Shown here: positions 1 to 9,959 of the stretch, piece by piece
How the letters are laid out: each line of letters opens with the position of its first letter
How positions within the stretch are numbered: the stretch's first letter is position 1
Source: an uncultured Eubacteriales bacterium
Lineage (GTDB): Bacteria; Bacillota; Clostridia; RGIG6154
Length of the DNA: 42,609 nt
Direction: 5' to 3'
NCBI GenBank assembly: GCA_964568815.1
Contig: CAZMRY010000002.1
Location: 1-42,609, forward strand
Translations under genes and position numbers: made by a program
The notes under the pieces: model-generated
Told to the model about the DNA's origin: nothing
The model's database searches: none
Seen by the model: only the letters and a program-made list of their open reading frames with translations

Positions 1-58
1 TGATTCCGCTATAGGTTCAGCCGTTTTTTTATGGGAATTAATTTACATCCCCTTAATT

Positions 59-175
59 TAACGGGCTGATGTGGGCATCAGCCCCTACGATGGGATAAGA
101 TTTAATTTCTATATTGTAGGGGACATTCACGAATGTCCCGAAAACGGGCGAGCACAGAGGCATCGCCCCTACAGA
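59..175 (-). repeat. GC-rich hairpin repeat cluster: two GTAGGGGC-N14/15-GCCCGTT units (read on - strand, 172->143 and 88->59) plus a GGGACATT/AATGTCCC hairpin (120-139)
   Basis: Stems GGGCTGATG/CATCAGCCC (63-71/76-84), GGGACATT/AATGTCCC and GGGCGA/TCGCCC (146-151/163-168). TGTAGGGG (115-122) is complementary to CCCCTACA (166-173). GC-rich island in an AT-rich intergenic region. Confidence 0.6.
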
Positions 176-202
176 ATAACAAAATGCCTTACGACTCGAT
201 AT

Positions 203-218
203 GTTTCCTTGAGGAAAC
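203..218 (-). terminator. Hairpin GTTTCC-TTGA-GGAAAC just downstream of the thioesterase stop; possible weak terminator, or a member of the CCTTGAGG hairpin family
   Basis: 6-bp stem with a 4-nt loop, 12 nt beyond the stop at 230. No clear U-tract on the - strand. Confidence 0.3.
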
Positions 219-229
219 AAGAATAACTC

Positions 230-988
230 CTAACTTCTCACTTCTAACTTCTGTTTCTTTTCCACCACTGCCGTAAAAATTGTTTTATTAGTATCAACAT
301 TTTTTGCAAGAAGCCTAAAAGTGTTTTCGCTTTCTGATGTAAAAACCTCAAACTTACCGTCACATACGATTTCTGCAACATATCTTATTGTAATTTTTAA
401 ATCTTTTAAACTTATTTTATATCGGTCAGGCAGATAGTCGTACACTATGTCTGCATAAAATGTATTATTCATATGATTATTCCTGTCAATGTGTGAATAA
501 TAAACCTTCCTTGTATCGGTATGTTCCATATTTTCTTCATTGAAATTCATATCGGGACTGCTTATTTCAAATATATCTGAATTGTCAACAGGTATACCGC
601 CAAGCTCGTCAAGACAAGTCGGTCTTAATATTCTTCTTTTTTCAATGTTTATTATAACCCATTCAGAACAGCAGCGTGCAACAATATTACCGTCTTTTTC
701 AATTTCGTAGTCTCTTAAAAATGACGCACCTCTGCAACCGCGAGGTTTTGTAATAATTTTTATATCATCATATACTTTAATATCTTCAAATATCTGTAGT
801 GTCATTTTTGTTAACACAAAAGCTATATTATGATATTTTAAGACATCAAAAGTCATTCCTGTGTTATCACAATCATCACAAGCAGCTTTTTGAAAAAGCT
901 TGAATAATGCTGAAATTCGCACATCTGAATTTGGTTGAACATCATATGTTTCTATTCTGGTGTTAAATGATATTGACATGGTATCCAT
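230..988 (-). CDS. acyl-ACP thioesterase family protein
   Basis: 252 aa. Size and double hot-dog pattern (N-half YDVQPN..., C-half YYSHIDRNNHMNN) are typical of bacterial FatA/B-like acyl-ACP thioesterases. Confidence 0.8.
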   Translation of the reverse strand: MDTMSISFNTRIETYDVQPNSDVRISALFKLFQKAACDDCDNTGMTFDVLKYHNIAFVLTKMTLQIFEDIKVYDDIKIITKPRGCRGASFLRDYEIEKDGNIVARCCSEWVIINIEKRRILRPTCLDELGGIPVDNSDIFEISSPDMNFNEENMEHTDTRKVYYSHIDRNNHMNNTFYADIVYDYLPDRYKISLKDLKITIRYVAEIVCDGKFEVFTSESENTFRLLAKNVDTNKTIFTAVVEKKQKLEVRS

Positions 989-1072
989 CTCCTTAATTCC
1001 TACATTTTAGCATAAATGTAATTAACACGCAAGAATAAATTATCAATAATGTAGATTTTTAATCAAATTGTG

Positions 1073-1101
1073 TTGAAATTGTCAGTTTCGTGTGATATAA
1101 T
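1073..1101 (+). promoter_or_regulatory. sigma-A type promoter TTGAAA-17-TATAAT with extended -10 (TGA)
   Basis: TTGAAA at 1073-1078, 17-nt spacer, TATAAT at 1096-1101. GGGGAGGTG RBS at 1117-1125 precedes the TTG start at 1133. Confidence 0.65.
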
Positions 1102-1132
1102 ATCTATATTTAATGTGGGGAGGTGTTTGTAA

Positions 1133-1909
1133 TTGAAAATTAAACTAATCATTATTTCAATTTTAATTACTATATCAGTAAATGTCAGTGTTTTTGCAGA
1201 TAGTTCAATTACAGTGCCTTCACTGATGTATCACAATATAAATGATATATATGATGCGAAAAATTCCAGTGTTGAAATCTCGGGAGATATGTTCAGAGAA
1301 CATATGAGCAGATTGAAAAAAGAAGGATATACAGCAATATTTTTTGATGAATACCTGGCTGCAGTCAATGGGACAAGCAAACTTCCTGAAAAACCAATTC
1401 TCATTACTTTTGATGATGGTTATCTTAATAATTATACTGTAGGATTTCCTATATTAAAAGATACAGGAATGAAAGCAACCATATTTATTGTAACGGGCAG
1501 AATGGGGCTTCAGGGTGCAGTAACTTATCCTCACTTTACATGGCAGCAGGCTAAAGAAATGGTTAACTCTGGAATTGTTGATATTCAGAGTCACACTCAA
1601 TATCATAGTCATTTGCCAATTGTATCTTATTCAAATCTTCTTTTGGAATTAAGAAAATCTAAATTCGTTATTGAGAAAAATCTGAATAAAAAAGTTAATA
1701 TCCTTGCTTATCCTTACGGAGAATGGAATGATATTGTTATTAATACTGCAAAAAAAGCAGGGTATGAAGCTTGTGTCCTTGCGGATCCTGTAGATCCTGG
1801 CGTAAACAGGCTTAATGAAAATACTTATCTGATGAAAAGAATAACAGTTTATGGTCACATAACAGGTGATGAACTTATTGATGAAATCAGGAAAAATGAA
1901 AGCAGGTAA
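1133..1909 (+). CDS. polysaccharide deacetylase (NodB homology domain), secreted or membrane-anchored
   Basis: N-terminal signal/anchor. ITFDDGY motif and downstream His motifs (SHTQYH). TTG start backed by a strong RBS. Confidence 0.88.
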   Translation: MKIKLIIISILITISVNVSVFADSSITVPSLMYHNINDIYDAKNSSVEISGDMFREHMSRLKKEGYTAIFFDEYLAAVNGTSKLPEKPILITFDDGYLNNYTVGFPILKDTGMKATIFIVTGRMGLQGAVTYPHFTWQQAKEMVNSGIVDIQSHTQYHSHLPIVSYSNLLLELRKSKFVIEKNLNKKVNILAYPYGEWNDIVINTAKKAGYEACVLADPVDPGVNRLNENTYLMKRITVYGHITGDELIDEIRKNESR

Positions 1910-1912
1910 AAT

Positions 1913-2638
1913 ATGAAAACAGATATATTTGGTGTATTATTTGATAATTATACTATCAATGAAGCTATTGATAAAGCAATTAAGTCTCTGGATAACGATA
2001 AGCCATTTATTATTGCTACCCCTAATCCGGAAATTGTAAATTTAGCAAGAAACGACAAAGAGTACAAACAAATTCTTAATACAAGTGATATTGTAACTCC
2101 TGATGGTATTGGCATTGTCTATGCTTCAAAAATTGTCAAAGGAAATATTAAAGAAAGAGCAGCAGGGTTTGATATTGTCTGTGGTATAATTGAAGAACTG
2201 GACAAAAGAGCAGGAAGTGTTTTCTTGTTTGGAAGTAAACCAGATGTTGCGGAAACAGCTGCTGAAAAACTTAAAGAAAAATATAATAATCTTACTATTT
2301 CAGGGTGTAGAAACGGTTATTTTGATGACGACAGTGAAATCATAAAAGAAATTCAGGAAAGCAAACCTGATTTGTTGCTTGTCTGTCTTGGTGCACCTAA
2401 ACAGGAAAAGTGGATTTATAAAAATAAAGACCTTCTTAATGCAAAAATTCTTGTTGGTGCAGGTGGTACCCTTGATGTTTTGGCAGGAAATGTAAAACGA
2501 GCACCTGAAATTTATATTAAATTTGGACTTGAATGGTTTTACAGACTTATTAAAGAACCAAAAAGAATTGGTCGTATGATAAAATTACCAGTGTTTTTAT
2601 TAGATGTAATTGTTAAGAAAGGGAAGGATAAAGAATGA
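1913..2638 (+). CDS. tagA: WecB/TagA/CpsF family glycosyltransferase (N-acetylmannosaminyltransferase-like)
   Basis: [22 protein letters not shown] and [12 protein letters not shown] motifs are typical of TagA/WecG. Confidence 0.85.
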   Translation: MKTDIFGVLFDNYTINEAIDKAIKSLDNDKPFIIATPNPEIVNLARNDKEYKQILNTSDIVTPDGIGIVYASKIVKGNIKERAAGFDIVCGIIEELDKRAGSVFLFGSKPDVAETAAEKLKEKYNNLTISGCRNGYFDDDSEIIKEIQESKPDLLLVCLGAPKQEKWIYKNKDLLNAKILVGAGGTLDVLAGNVKRAPEIYIKFGLEWFYRLIKEPKRIGRMIKLPVFLLDVIVKKGKDKE

Positions 2639-3393
2639 AAGTTAAATTGATAAGATATACACAGGATTTAGAAAAGTTAATTGCAGCAAGTGCAAAGCTT
2701 TGTTATTCATCTGCAACTGTTGACGACATTTTTGACAATTTGAATGATGAAAATACTGAAAAATTTCTTAATATGCTTATGGGTATGGGTCATGAAAGTC
2801 CTGTTGAACATGCAACATTTACATTTGCAATTGAAGGTGTAAGCAGAAGCTTACTTGCACAGCTTACAAGACATAGAATTGCAAGTTTCACTGTTAAATC
2901 ACAAAGATATGTAAAAGAAGGACAGTTTGAATTTGTAACACCTCCTGAAATCAAGGCTATTCCTGAAGCTGAAGAAAAATACATAAAATCTATGAATGAT
3001 GCCCAGAAATACTATAATGAGCTTGCTGACATTTTATTTGCAAAGCACTATGATACTTTTATTAACGATGGTCTTGATGAAAAAACTGCAAGAAATAAAG
3101 CTGAGAAGAAAGCTATTGAAGACGCAAGATATGTACTTCCAAATTCTTGTGCAACTCAGCTTATCATGACATTTAATTCAAGAAGTTTATTTAATTTCTT
3201 TGAACACAGATGCTGTGAAAGAGCACAGTGGGAAATTAGAGATATGGCAAATGAGATGTTGAGACAAGTAAAAGAAGTTGCTCCTGTTTTGTTTAAAAAA
3301 TCAGGTCCTTCATGCCTTAAAGGTCCTTGTCCGGAGGGGAAAATGACTTGCGGAAAGATGCTTGAAAAGAGAAAATTATATTTGGGAGAATAA
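2635..3393 (+). CDS. thyX: FAD-dependent thymidylate synthase
   Basis: ThyX signature [14 protein letters not shown]. 4-nt overlap with the upstream gene. Confidence 0.95.
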   Translation: MKVKLIRYTQDLEKLIAASAKLCYSSATVDDIFDNLNDENTEKFLNMLMGMGHESPVEHATFTFAIEGVSRSLLAQLTRHRIASFTVKSQRYVKEGQFEFVTPPEIKAIPEAEEKYIKSMNDAQKYYNELADILFAKHYDTFINDGLDEKTARNKAEKKAIEDARYVLPNSCATQLIMTFNSRSLFNFFEHRCCERAQWEIRDMANEMLRQVKEVAPVLFKKSGPSCLKGPCPEGKMTCGKMLEKRKLYLGE

Positions 3394-3400
3394 GAGTGTT

Positions 3401-4117
3401 ATGAAAGGTAAACTTATTGTTGTTGAAGGTTTAGACTCCAGTGGTAAAGCAACACAAACTAAATTAATAGCTAAAAAACTTGAGGAAATGAATTATAAAG
3501 TTAAGCTTATTACATTTCCTGATTATGAAAGTGATTCTTCGGCTTTGGTTAAAATGTATTTAAACGGTGAATTGTCTGATAAGGCTGATGACATCAATGC
3601 ATATGCAGCATCTTCTTTCTATGCTGTAGACAGATATGCATCATATAAGAGAAACTGGGAAAAGTTTTATTTAGATGGTGGTATTGTTATTGCTGACAGA
3701 TACACTACATCTAATATGATTCATCAGGCTTCTAAGATTGAAGGCACAAGAATTAAAAATCTTTATCTTGACTGGCTTACTGACTATGAGTATAAACTAT
3801 TAAAACTGCCGACGCCCAATAAAGTTATTTTCCTTGATATGCCTCCTGAATATGCTAATGAACTTATGAGAGAAAGAGCAAATAAGTTTACAGGTGAAAA
3901 AGATAAAGATATTCATGAGAGAGATAAAGATTATCTTGAGAAGACATATGAAAACGCACTATATATTGCAAAAAAATATGACTGGAACGAAGTTTTTTGT
4001 GTAGAAGATGGACAAATAAGAACGATAGATGATATTAATGATGAACTTATGAATTTGATTTGTAATGATGTTTTACATAGAAAATATAAAAAGAACAACG
4101 AGGTTAAAAATGATTAA
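3401..4117 (+). CDS. tmk: dTMP (thymidylate) kinase family protein
   Basis: P-loop VVEGLDSSGKATQ and a DRY motif (IADRYTTS). ATG at 3401 follows GGGAG at 3384-3388; the TTG at 3362 in the track overlaps thyX and is less likely. Confidence 0.85.
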   Translation: MKGKLIVVEGLDSSGKATQTKLIAKKLEEMNYKVKLITFPDYESDSSALVKMYLNGELSDKADDINAYAASSFYAVDRYASYKRNWEKFYLDGGIVIADRYTTSNMIHQASKIEGTRIKNLYLDWLTDYEYKLLKLPTPNKVIFLDMPPEYANELMRERANKFTGEKDKDIHERDKDYLEKTYENALYIAKKYDWNEVFCVEDGQIRTIDDINDELMNLICNDVLHRKYKKNNEVKND

Positions 4118-4643
4118 TATATTATTTGCAAATGGTTTTGAAGAAGTAGAGGCATTAACAGTTGTTGATATGGCTCGCAGAGCAAAAATTGAAGTTGAAA
4201 TGATTTCACTTAATGATGATTTGTATGTTACAGGCAGCCATAATATTATCGTTAAATGTGATAAATTATTAAAAGATGCAGTATTGCTTGATGGTATAGT
4301 ACTTCCTGGTGGAATTCCCGGCGTACCAAATATTGAAAGTAATAAAGACGCTGTTGAGTTAATTAAAAAGCACTACTCAGAAGGAAAGCTCGTAGCGGCT
4401 ATTTGTGCTGCACCAACACTTCTTGGACGAGCAGGAATTCTTTCAGATAAAAAAGCAGTATGCTATCCTGATATGATGGAACAACTTATTTGTAAAGAAA
4501 AAATGAATGTGAAATCTGTTAAAGATAAAAATATAATTACATCTCAAAGTGCAGGAACTGCGATGGATTTTGCATTTGAAATTATAAAATATTTAAAGGA
4601 TGAAAACACAGCAGAAAATGTTAAAAAATCAATCTATTATTAA
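4110..4643 (+). CDS. DJ-1/PfpI (ThiJ) family protein
   Basis: MINILFANGFEEVEAL N-terminus and nucleophile-elbow AAICAAP. ATG at 4110 after GAGG; 8-nt overlap with tmk. Confidence 0.85.
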   Translation: MINILFANGFEEVEALTVVDMARRAKIEVEMISLNDDLYVTGSHNIIVKCDKLLKDAVLLDGIVLPGGIPGVPNIESNKDAVELIKKHYSEGKLVAAICAAPTLLGRAGILSDKKAVCYPDMMEQLICKEKMNVKSVKDKNIITSQSAGTAMDFAFEIIKYLKDENTAENVKKSIYY

Positions 4644-5622
4644 ATTAATAATTCTTGTTGCAGTTGTATTGTTAGTGGCTCTTTCCTGTGAAATATTTGG
4701 AGTATTTAAGTCTGACGATGCGATAACTGTTAATATTAACGATGGCAGCAGTTTGAATGAAATTATTGATGTTCTTGAAGAAAACGACATCATCTCTTCC
4801 AAACTGATGTTTAAAATAGCTGCATACAAGCATAATAATCAATTTAAAGCAGGTGAACATACAATAACAAGCAGAAACTATTTCAGTATAATACAAGAAT
4901 TTAAGAGTGTTCCTTATTCTGCAGGTATAACCGTTACAATTCCAGAAGGCTATGAACAAAGAGAAATTGCAATGCTCCTGGAAGAAAAAGGACTTTGTAC
5001 AGTTGAAGAGTTTAATAATTCAGCTACTATTGACAATTTCTCTGAGTATTGGTTTTTAAAAGGAATTAAGGTTAGAAATTATCAGCTCGAAGGTTATTTG
5101 TTTCCTGACACATACAATTTTTCTAAGAGTGAAGGCGTTCGCAGCATAATTAACAGAATGTTGTCTAATTTTGACAGTAAAATCACTGAAGATATGAAAA
5201 ATCAAGCAAAGACACTTGGCAGAACTTTTGACGAAATTATTACTATGGCATCTATAGTTGAAAGAGAAGCTGCTGATGCTGATGAATATAAAACTGTTGC
5301 TGGTATTTTTTATAACAGATTGAATAAAAAGACAGAAGCATATGGGTATCTACAATCTTGTGCAACAGTTCAGTATATTCTTAGAGAAAGGAAAAATGTG
5401 CTGTCTATTGCAGACACAAAGATAGATTCACCATACAACACCTATAAATATCAGGGCCTTCCGATCGGACCTGTTGCATCTCCTGGACTTGAAACAATTA
5501 TGGCTGCTCTTTATCCCCAGGAAACCGACTATCTGTATTTTGTTGCTGATGGTAAAGGAAATCACTATTTTGCTAAAACTGTTGAAGAACACGAAATAAA
5601 CAAAAGAAAGGCCGGTTATTGA
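4600..5622 (+). CDS. mltG: endolytic murein transglycosylase MltG (YceG-like)
   Basis: N-terminal TM. IPEGY, catalytic ASIVEREA and YNTYKYQGLPIGPVASPG motifs. Confidence 0.9.
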   Translation: MKTQQKMLKNQSIIKLIILVAVVLLVALSCEIFGVFKSDDAITVNINDGSSLNEIIDVLEENDIISSKLMFKIAAYKHNNQFKAGEHTITSRNYFSIIQEFKSVPYSAGITVTIPEGYEQREIAMLLEEKGLCTVEEFNNSATIDNFSEYWFLKGIKVRNYQLEGYLFPDTYNFSKSEGVRSIINRMLSNFDSKITEDMKNQAKTLGRTFDEIITMASIVEREAADADEYKTVAGIFYNRLNKKTEAYGYLQSCATVQYILRERKNVLSIADTKIDSPYNTYKYQGLPIGPVASPGLETIMAALYPQETDYLYFVADGKGNHYFAKTVEEHEINKRKAGY

Positions 5623-5623
5623 T

Positions 5624-6289
5624 TTGGCTGGAGAAAAAATTAATCTTGATTATATAACTGAATATCTCCATAAACTCATTCCTGAAAGCAGTACGGAACT
5701 AAAAAAATTAGAAGATTACGCGGAGAAAAATGCTGTTCCTATAATCCACAGAGAAGTTAAAGCTCTGATTGAAGTTCTTTGCTTGCTTAAAAAGCCAAAA
5801 AAAATTCTTGAAATTGGTACTGCAATCGGTTATTCGGCAAGCGTTATGGCTTTTTCGTCTCCTGAAGATGTGAAAATTACATCCATAGAACGCGAACCTG
5901 AAATGACAGAGCTTGCACTTGAAAATATTAAAAAGCTTAATCTGGAAGAGAAAATTCGCGTTATAGAGGGTGATGCACTTGAAGTATTACCACTTCTTTC
6001 AAGCAAATATGATTTGATATTTATGGATGCTGCAAAAGGCTATTATAATGAATTTTTTGATAGTGTTATCACATTACTTAATGATGGTGGTTTACTTATA
6101 TGTGATAATGTTTTATACAAAGGTATGACAGCAACTGATGAGCTTGTAAAAAGAAGACAAAAAACAATCGTTGGAAGAATGCGCGAATATCTTGAGATGT
6201 TATGTAATCACAGTAAACTTACCACTTCTGTTATTCCCATAGGGGATGGAGTTACTGTTTCATATTATTATGAGGAGGGGGAAAAGTGA
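5624..6289 (+). CDS. class I SAM-dependent O-methyltransferase, YrrM/TrmR-like
   Basis: SAM motif ILEIGTAIGYS and FMDAAK. Same position as B. subtilis yrrM between mltG and U32 peptidase genes. The TTG start is uncertain. Confidence 0.78.
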   Translation: MAGEKINLDYITEYLHKLIPESSTELKKLEDYAEKNAVPIIHREVKALIEVLCLLKKPKKILEIGTAIGYSASVMAFSSPEDVKITSIEREPEMTELALENIKKLNLEEKIRVIEGDALEVLPLLSSKYDLIFMDAAKGYYNEFFDSVITLLNDGGLLICDNVLYKGMTATDELVKRRQKTIVGRMREYLEMLCNHSKLTTSVIPIGDGVTVSYYYEEGEK

Positions 6290-7503
6290 AAAAACCAGAA
6301 TTGCTTGCACCTGCTGGAAGCCTTATAAAACTTAAATATGCTCTTGTATATGGTGCAGATGCGGTTTATATTGGAGGAGAATCTTTTTCACTTCGTGTAG
6401 CAGCGGAGAATTTTACAATTGATGAAATCAAAGAAGGAATTGAATTTGCGCATAGTCTTGATAAAAAAGTTTATATTACTGCAAATATAATTCCGCACAA
6501 CAAAGATTTAGAGGGCTTTTGTGAGTATGTTAAAGAAGTTTATGAGCTTGGTGCAGATGCTATAATCGTCAGTGATTTAGGCTTGTTTGATCTTGTTAAA
6601 TCTGTTACACCTGATTTTGAAGTTCATATAAGTACGCAAGCAAATAATACAAATTATGCCAGTGCCAATATGTGGTACAAGCTTGGTGCAAAAAGAGTTA
6701 TACTTGCAAGAGAGCTTTCTTTAGCTGAGATTAAAGAAATAAGAAATTCAATTCCTGAAGATATGGATATAGAATGCTTTATACACGGTGCTATGTGTAT
6801 ATCATATTCAGGAAGATGCCTTATGTCCAATTATCTTACAAACAGAGACAGTAATATGGGAGCCTGTTCTCATCCATGCAGATGGAAATATTATCTTATG
6901 GAAGAAAAACGGCCAGGCGAATATTTCCCTGTTTTTGAAAATGAAAGAGGAACCTTTATTTATAACTCTAAAGACCTTTGTATGATTGAGCATATACCGG
7001 AACTAATTGAAGCCGGAGTGAGCAGTTTTAAAATTGAAGGCAGAGTTAAAAGTGAATATTATGTAGCTACTATTACAAAGGCATACAGAGATGCAATAGA
7101 TGCATATTTCGATGGCAAGCCTTTTGATTCAAAATTATCTCAAGAGCTTACAAAAGTCAGTCACAGAGAGTATACTAAAGGCTTTTTCTTTGGTAAGCCT
7201 GACGAAAACCAGCAGCTTTATACAACTAATTCTTATGTAAGGGATTTTGACCTTGTAGGTGTTGTAGATGGTTATGATGAAGAAAGAAAAATGCTTGTTG
7301 TAACACAAAGAAATAAATTCTTCACAGGAGACGAGCTCGAAATACTTATACCAGGTGAGGATTACAGAACAATTAAAGTAAATAAAATGTATGATGAAAA
7401 TTTTAATGAGATTGACTCTTGTCCTCACGCAACAATGAGACTTTATATTCCATGTGAGTTTAAATGTCCTGAGTATTCAATTTTGAGGAAAGCAAAAGAA
7501 TAA
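6286..7503 (+). CDS. peptidase U32 family protein (TrhP/YrrO-like, tRNA U34 hydroxylation-associated)
   Basis: ELLAPAG N-terminus and conserved Cys cluster (CISYSGRC...CSHPCRW). Synteny with mltG and the methyltransferase. Confidence 0.85.
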   Translation: MKKPELLAPAGSLIKLKYALVYGADAVYIGGESFSLRVAAENFTIDEIKEGIEFAHSLDKKVYITANIIPHNKDLEGFCEYVKEVYELGADAIIVSDLGLFDLVKSVTPDFEVHISTQANNTNYASANMWYKLGAKRVILARELSLAEIKEIRNSIPEDMDIECFIHGAMCISYSGRCLMSNYLTNRDSNMGACSHPCRWKYYLMEEKRPGEYFPVFENERGTFIYNSKDLCMIEHIPELIEAGVSSFKIEGRVKSEYYVATITKAYRDAIDAYFDGKPFDSKLSQELTKVSHREYTKGFFFGKPDENQQLYTTNSYVRDFDLVGVVDGYDEERKMLVVTQRNKFFTGDELEILIPGEDYRTIKVNKMYDENFNEIDSCPHATMRLYIPCEFKCPEYSILRKAKE

Positions 7504-7540
7504 AACTTTATATTTGAGCCATCATATTTATGGTGATTAA

Positions 7541-9175
7541 ATGTCAGAAAGAGTTTTTGGAATCAGAACTATTCTTGTTTTTACAGTTATGATTATAGTA
7601 GCAAGAACATATTACCTGATGGTTATATGTCATGATGAGTTAAAACAGAAAACTGATAAGCAAAATACGGTTAATATTTCTGTTTCTGATAAAAGAAATG
7701 ACTTTTTAGACAGACATAACAGACACATTACCGGTCTTGAAAAAAAGGGGTACATTGCAATATTCTCTTCAAATGACGAGATTATTGATAAAATGAACAG
7801 TGAACTTTTAGAATGTTATACAACTGAAACTGCAGAAGAAATATATGAAAGACTTAATTTGCAGAAAAAAACATATGTTCAGACTAATATTGATTTTAAT
7901 AAATATGAACTTGAGGATATCAGATATATCAAACCATTTTATGCAACAACAAGATATTTAAATGATTATCCTGCAGCGTCGTTAATTGGTTATGTGTCTG
8001 ATGGAAAAGGTGTATACGGGCTTGAAAAAGTATATGATGAATTACTAACAAACAACGATAGTCAGGCGTATGTAAAAACTGATGCATTCAGAAATGTGAT
8101 AGGCGATATTAATCTGGTTTCAAACAGCGAAAGTTCCTTTAAAATTAAACTTACTCTTGATTTGGATTATCAGAGAATACTGGATAAAGCACTTGAAAAT
8201 TCAGGACTGAAATGTTCAGCAGTTCTTATTGATGTAAATAACTTTGATGTTTTAGCAATGGGATCTTATCCAAGTTTTAAGCAAGATAGTATTGCTCTGT
8301 ATCTAAATAATTCTGGCGGTATACTTCAAAACAAAAGTATGCTTGCATATGATATGGGTTCTATTTTTAAAATAGTTGTTGTCGCTGCTGCACTTGAAAA
8401 CAATCTGCTTGATATTAACAAACTATATTATTGCAACGGAATAATTAATGTTTCCGGAAAACAGTTTGAGTGTCACAATGCTTATGGCCATGGAAAACAA
8501 ACATTATATGAAGCTTTTAAAAATTCCTGTAATTGTGCATTTATAGAACTTGGTCGAATAGTGGGATATAAAAATATAATTGATATGGCAAGAAAATTCA
8601 GACTTGGCGAGAAAAGGCTTCTTCCAATTGAGCTTGAGCAACAAAAAGGAAGCTTGCCTGACGAAAATAATTATTATCTTGCAGACCTGGCTAACTTATC
8701 AATAGGTCAGGGACAACTTTCCGGTACAGTTCTTGACGGAGCGTCAATCAGTGCAGTAATTGCGAGCGGAGGTTATATTTGTAATACAAATTCTGTAGAA
8801 TGTGTTACAGATAGCTATGGACAAATTATTAAAGAATTAAAGATAGCGGATAAAGAGAGAATTATATCAGAAGATACAGCACAGAAGATAAAAGAGATGA
8901 TGATTCTGACCAATGAAAGCGGAACCGGAACAACAGCCAGGCTTGAAAATTCAGGCTCAGGTGGAAAAACAGGCAGTGCCCAAACCGGTTGGTATGTAGA
9001 TGGTGAAAATTATCAACACGGCTGGTTTACAGGATTTTTTCCATCAGACAGCCCAAGGTTTGCACTTTGTGTATTTGTAGAAAATGGAAAATCAGGAAGT
9101 GAAACAGCTGCTCCTGTTTTTAAAGAAATTGGTGATAAGATTTTAAGAAAGGAAAATTATGAGTATTCAGATTGA
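7541..9175 (+). CDS. class B penicillin-binding protein (transpeptidase, FtsI/SpoVD-like, no PASTA domain visible)
   Basis: N-terminal TM. SIFK (SxxK), SCN (SxN) and KTGSA (KTG) motifs. Confidence 0.85.
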   Translation: MSERVFGIRTILVFTVMIIVARTYYLMVICHDELKQKTDKQNTVNISVSDKRNDFLDRHNRHITGLEKKGYIAIFSSNDEIIDKMNSELLECYTTETAEEIYERLNLQKKTYVQTNIDFNKYELEDIRYIKPFYATTRYLNDYPAASLIGYVSDGKGVYGLEKVYDELLTNNDSQAYVKTDAFRNVIGDINLVSNSESSFKIKLTLDLDYQRILDKALENSGLKCSAVLIDVNNFDVLAMGSYPSFKQDSIALYLNNSGGILQNKSMLAYDMGSIFKIVVVAAALENNLLDINKLYYCNGIINVSGKQFECHNAYGHGKQTLYEAFKNSCNCAFIELGRIVGYKNIIDMARKFRLGEKRLLPIELEQQKGSLPDENNYYLADLANLSIGQGQLSGTVLDGASISAVIASGGYICNTNSVECVTDSYGQIIKELKIADKERIISEDTAQKIKEMMILTNESGTGTTARLENSGSGGKTGSAQTGWYVDGENYQHGWFTGFFPSDSPRFALCVFVENGKSGSETAAPVFKEIGDKILRKENYEYSD

Positions 9176-9947
9176 TGTTAAATATATTAAAAATATAGTT
9201 GTCAAGGTTGGTACATCAACCTTGACATACTCAAACGGAAAGCTCAATTTAGACAGAATTGATAAGCTTTGTTTTGTGCTTTCTGATTTAAGAAACAGAG
9301 GAATTGATGTCACTTTGGTATCATCAGGTGCTATTGGAGTTGGCGTTGCAAAACTTGGACTTGCTGAAAGACCTAAAGATACAATGGGTAAGCAGGCAGC
9401 TGCAGCTGTTGGTCAGTGTGAGCTTATGTTTTTATATGATAAATTATTTTCACAGTATGGATGTAAAACTGCACAGGTTTTGCTAACAAAAGATGTTGTA
9501 ATTGATGAAAAGAGACGTGAAAATGCTCACAATACTTTTAAAACTCTTTTAAAACTTGGAGTAATTCCCATAGTTAACGAAAATGATGCTGTTTCCGTTG
9601 AAGAAATTGAGTTTGGTGATAATGATACTTTGTCTGCTATGGTTGCATCAATAGTTGATGCGCAGATGCTTATTATTATGTCAGATATTAATGGTTTGTA
9701 TGATTCAGACCCTAGAAACAATCCAAATGCAAAGATTATACATAAAGTTGAAAAAATAGATGAGAAAATTAAAGCTTCTGCATCAGGTGCAGGAACAAAG
9801 AGGGGAACAGGCGGAATGATTACTAAAATTCTTGCCGCAGAAATTGCAGAAGAAAATAATGTGAAAACTGTGATTTGCAATGGAGAAAATCCTAAGATTG
9901 TTGAAGAAATTATGTCAGGTAAAATTGACGGTACTATATTTATGTAA
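9159..9947 (+). CDS. proB: glutamate 5-kinase (short form without PUA domain)
   Basis: VVKVGTSTLT N-terminus, NENDAV and GTGGM motifs; 262 aa. 17-nt overlap with the PBP gene. Confidence 0.9.
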   Translation: MSIQIDVKYIKNIVVKVGTSTLTYSNGKLNLDRIDKLCFVLSDLRNRGIDVTLVSSGAIGVGVAKLGLAERPKDTMGKQAAAAVGQCELMFLYDKLFSQYGCKTAQVLLTKDVVIDEKRRENAHNTFKTLLKLGVIPIVNENDAVSVEEIEFGDNDTLSAMVASIVDAQMLIIMSDINGLYDSDPRNNPNAKIIHKVEKIDEKIKASASGAGTKRGTGGMITKILAAEIAEENNVKTVICNGENPKIVEEIMSGKIDGTIFM

Positions 9948-9959
9948 AGGAATTTAAAA

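Noticed and set aside
1-58. GGTTCAGCCGTTTTTTT at the window start as the terminator of an upstream gene
   Set aside because: The 5' half of any hairpin would lie outside the window, so this cannot be evaluated.
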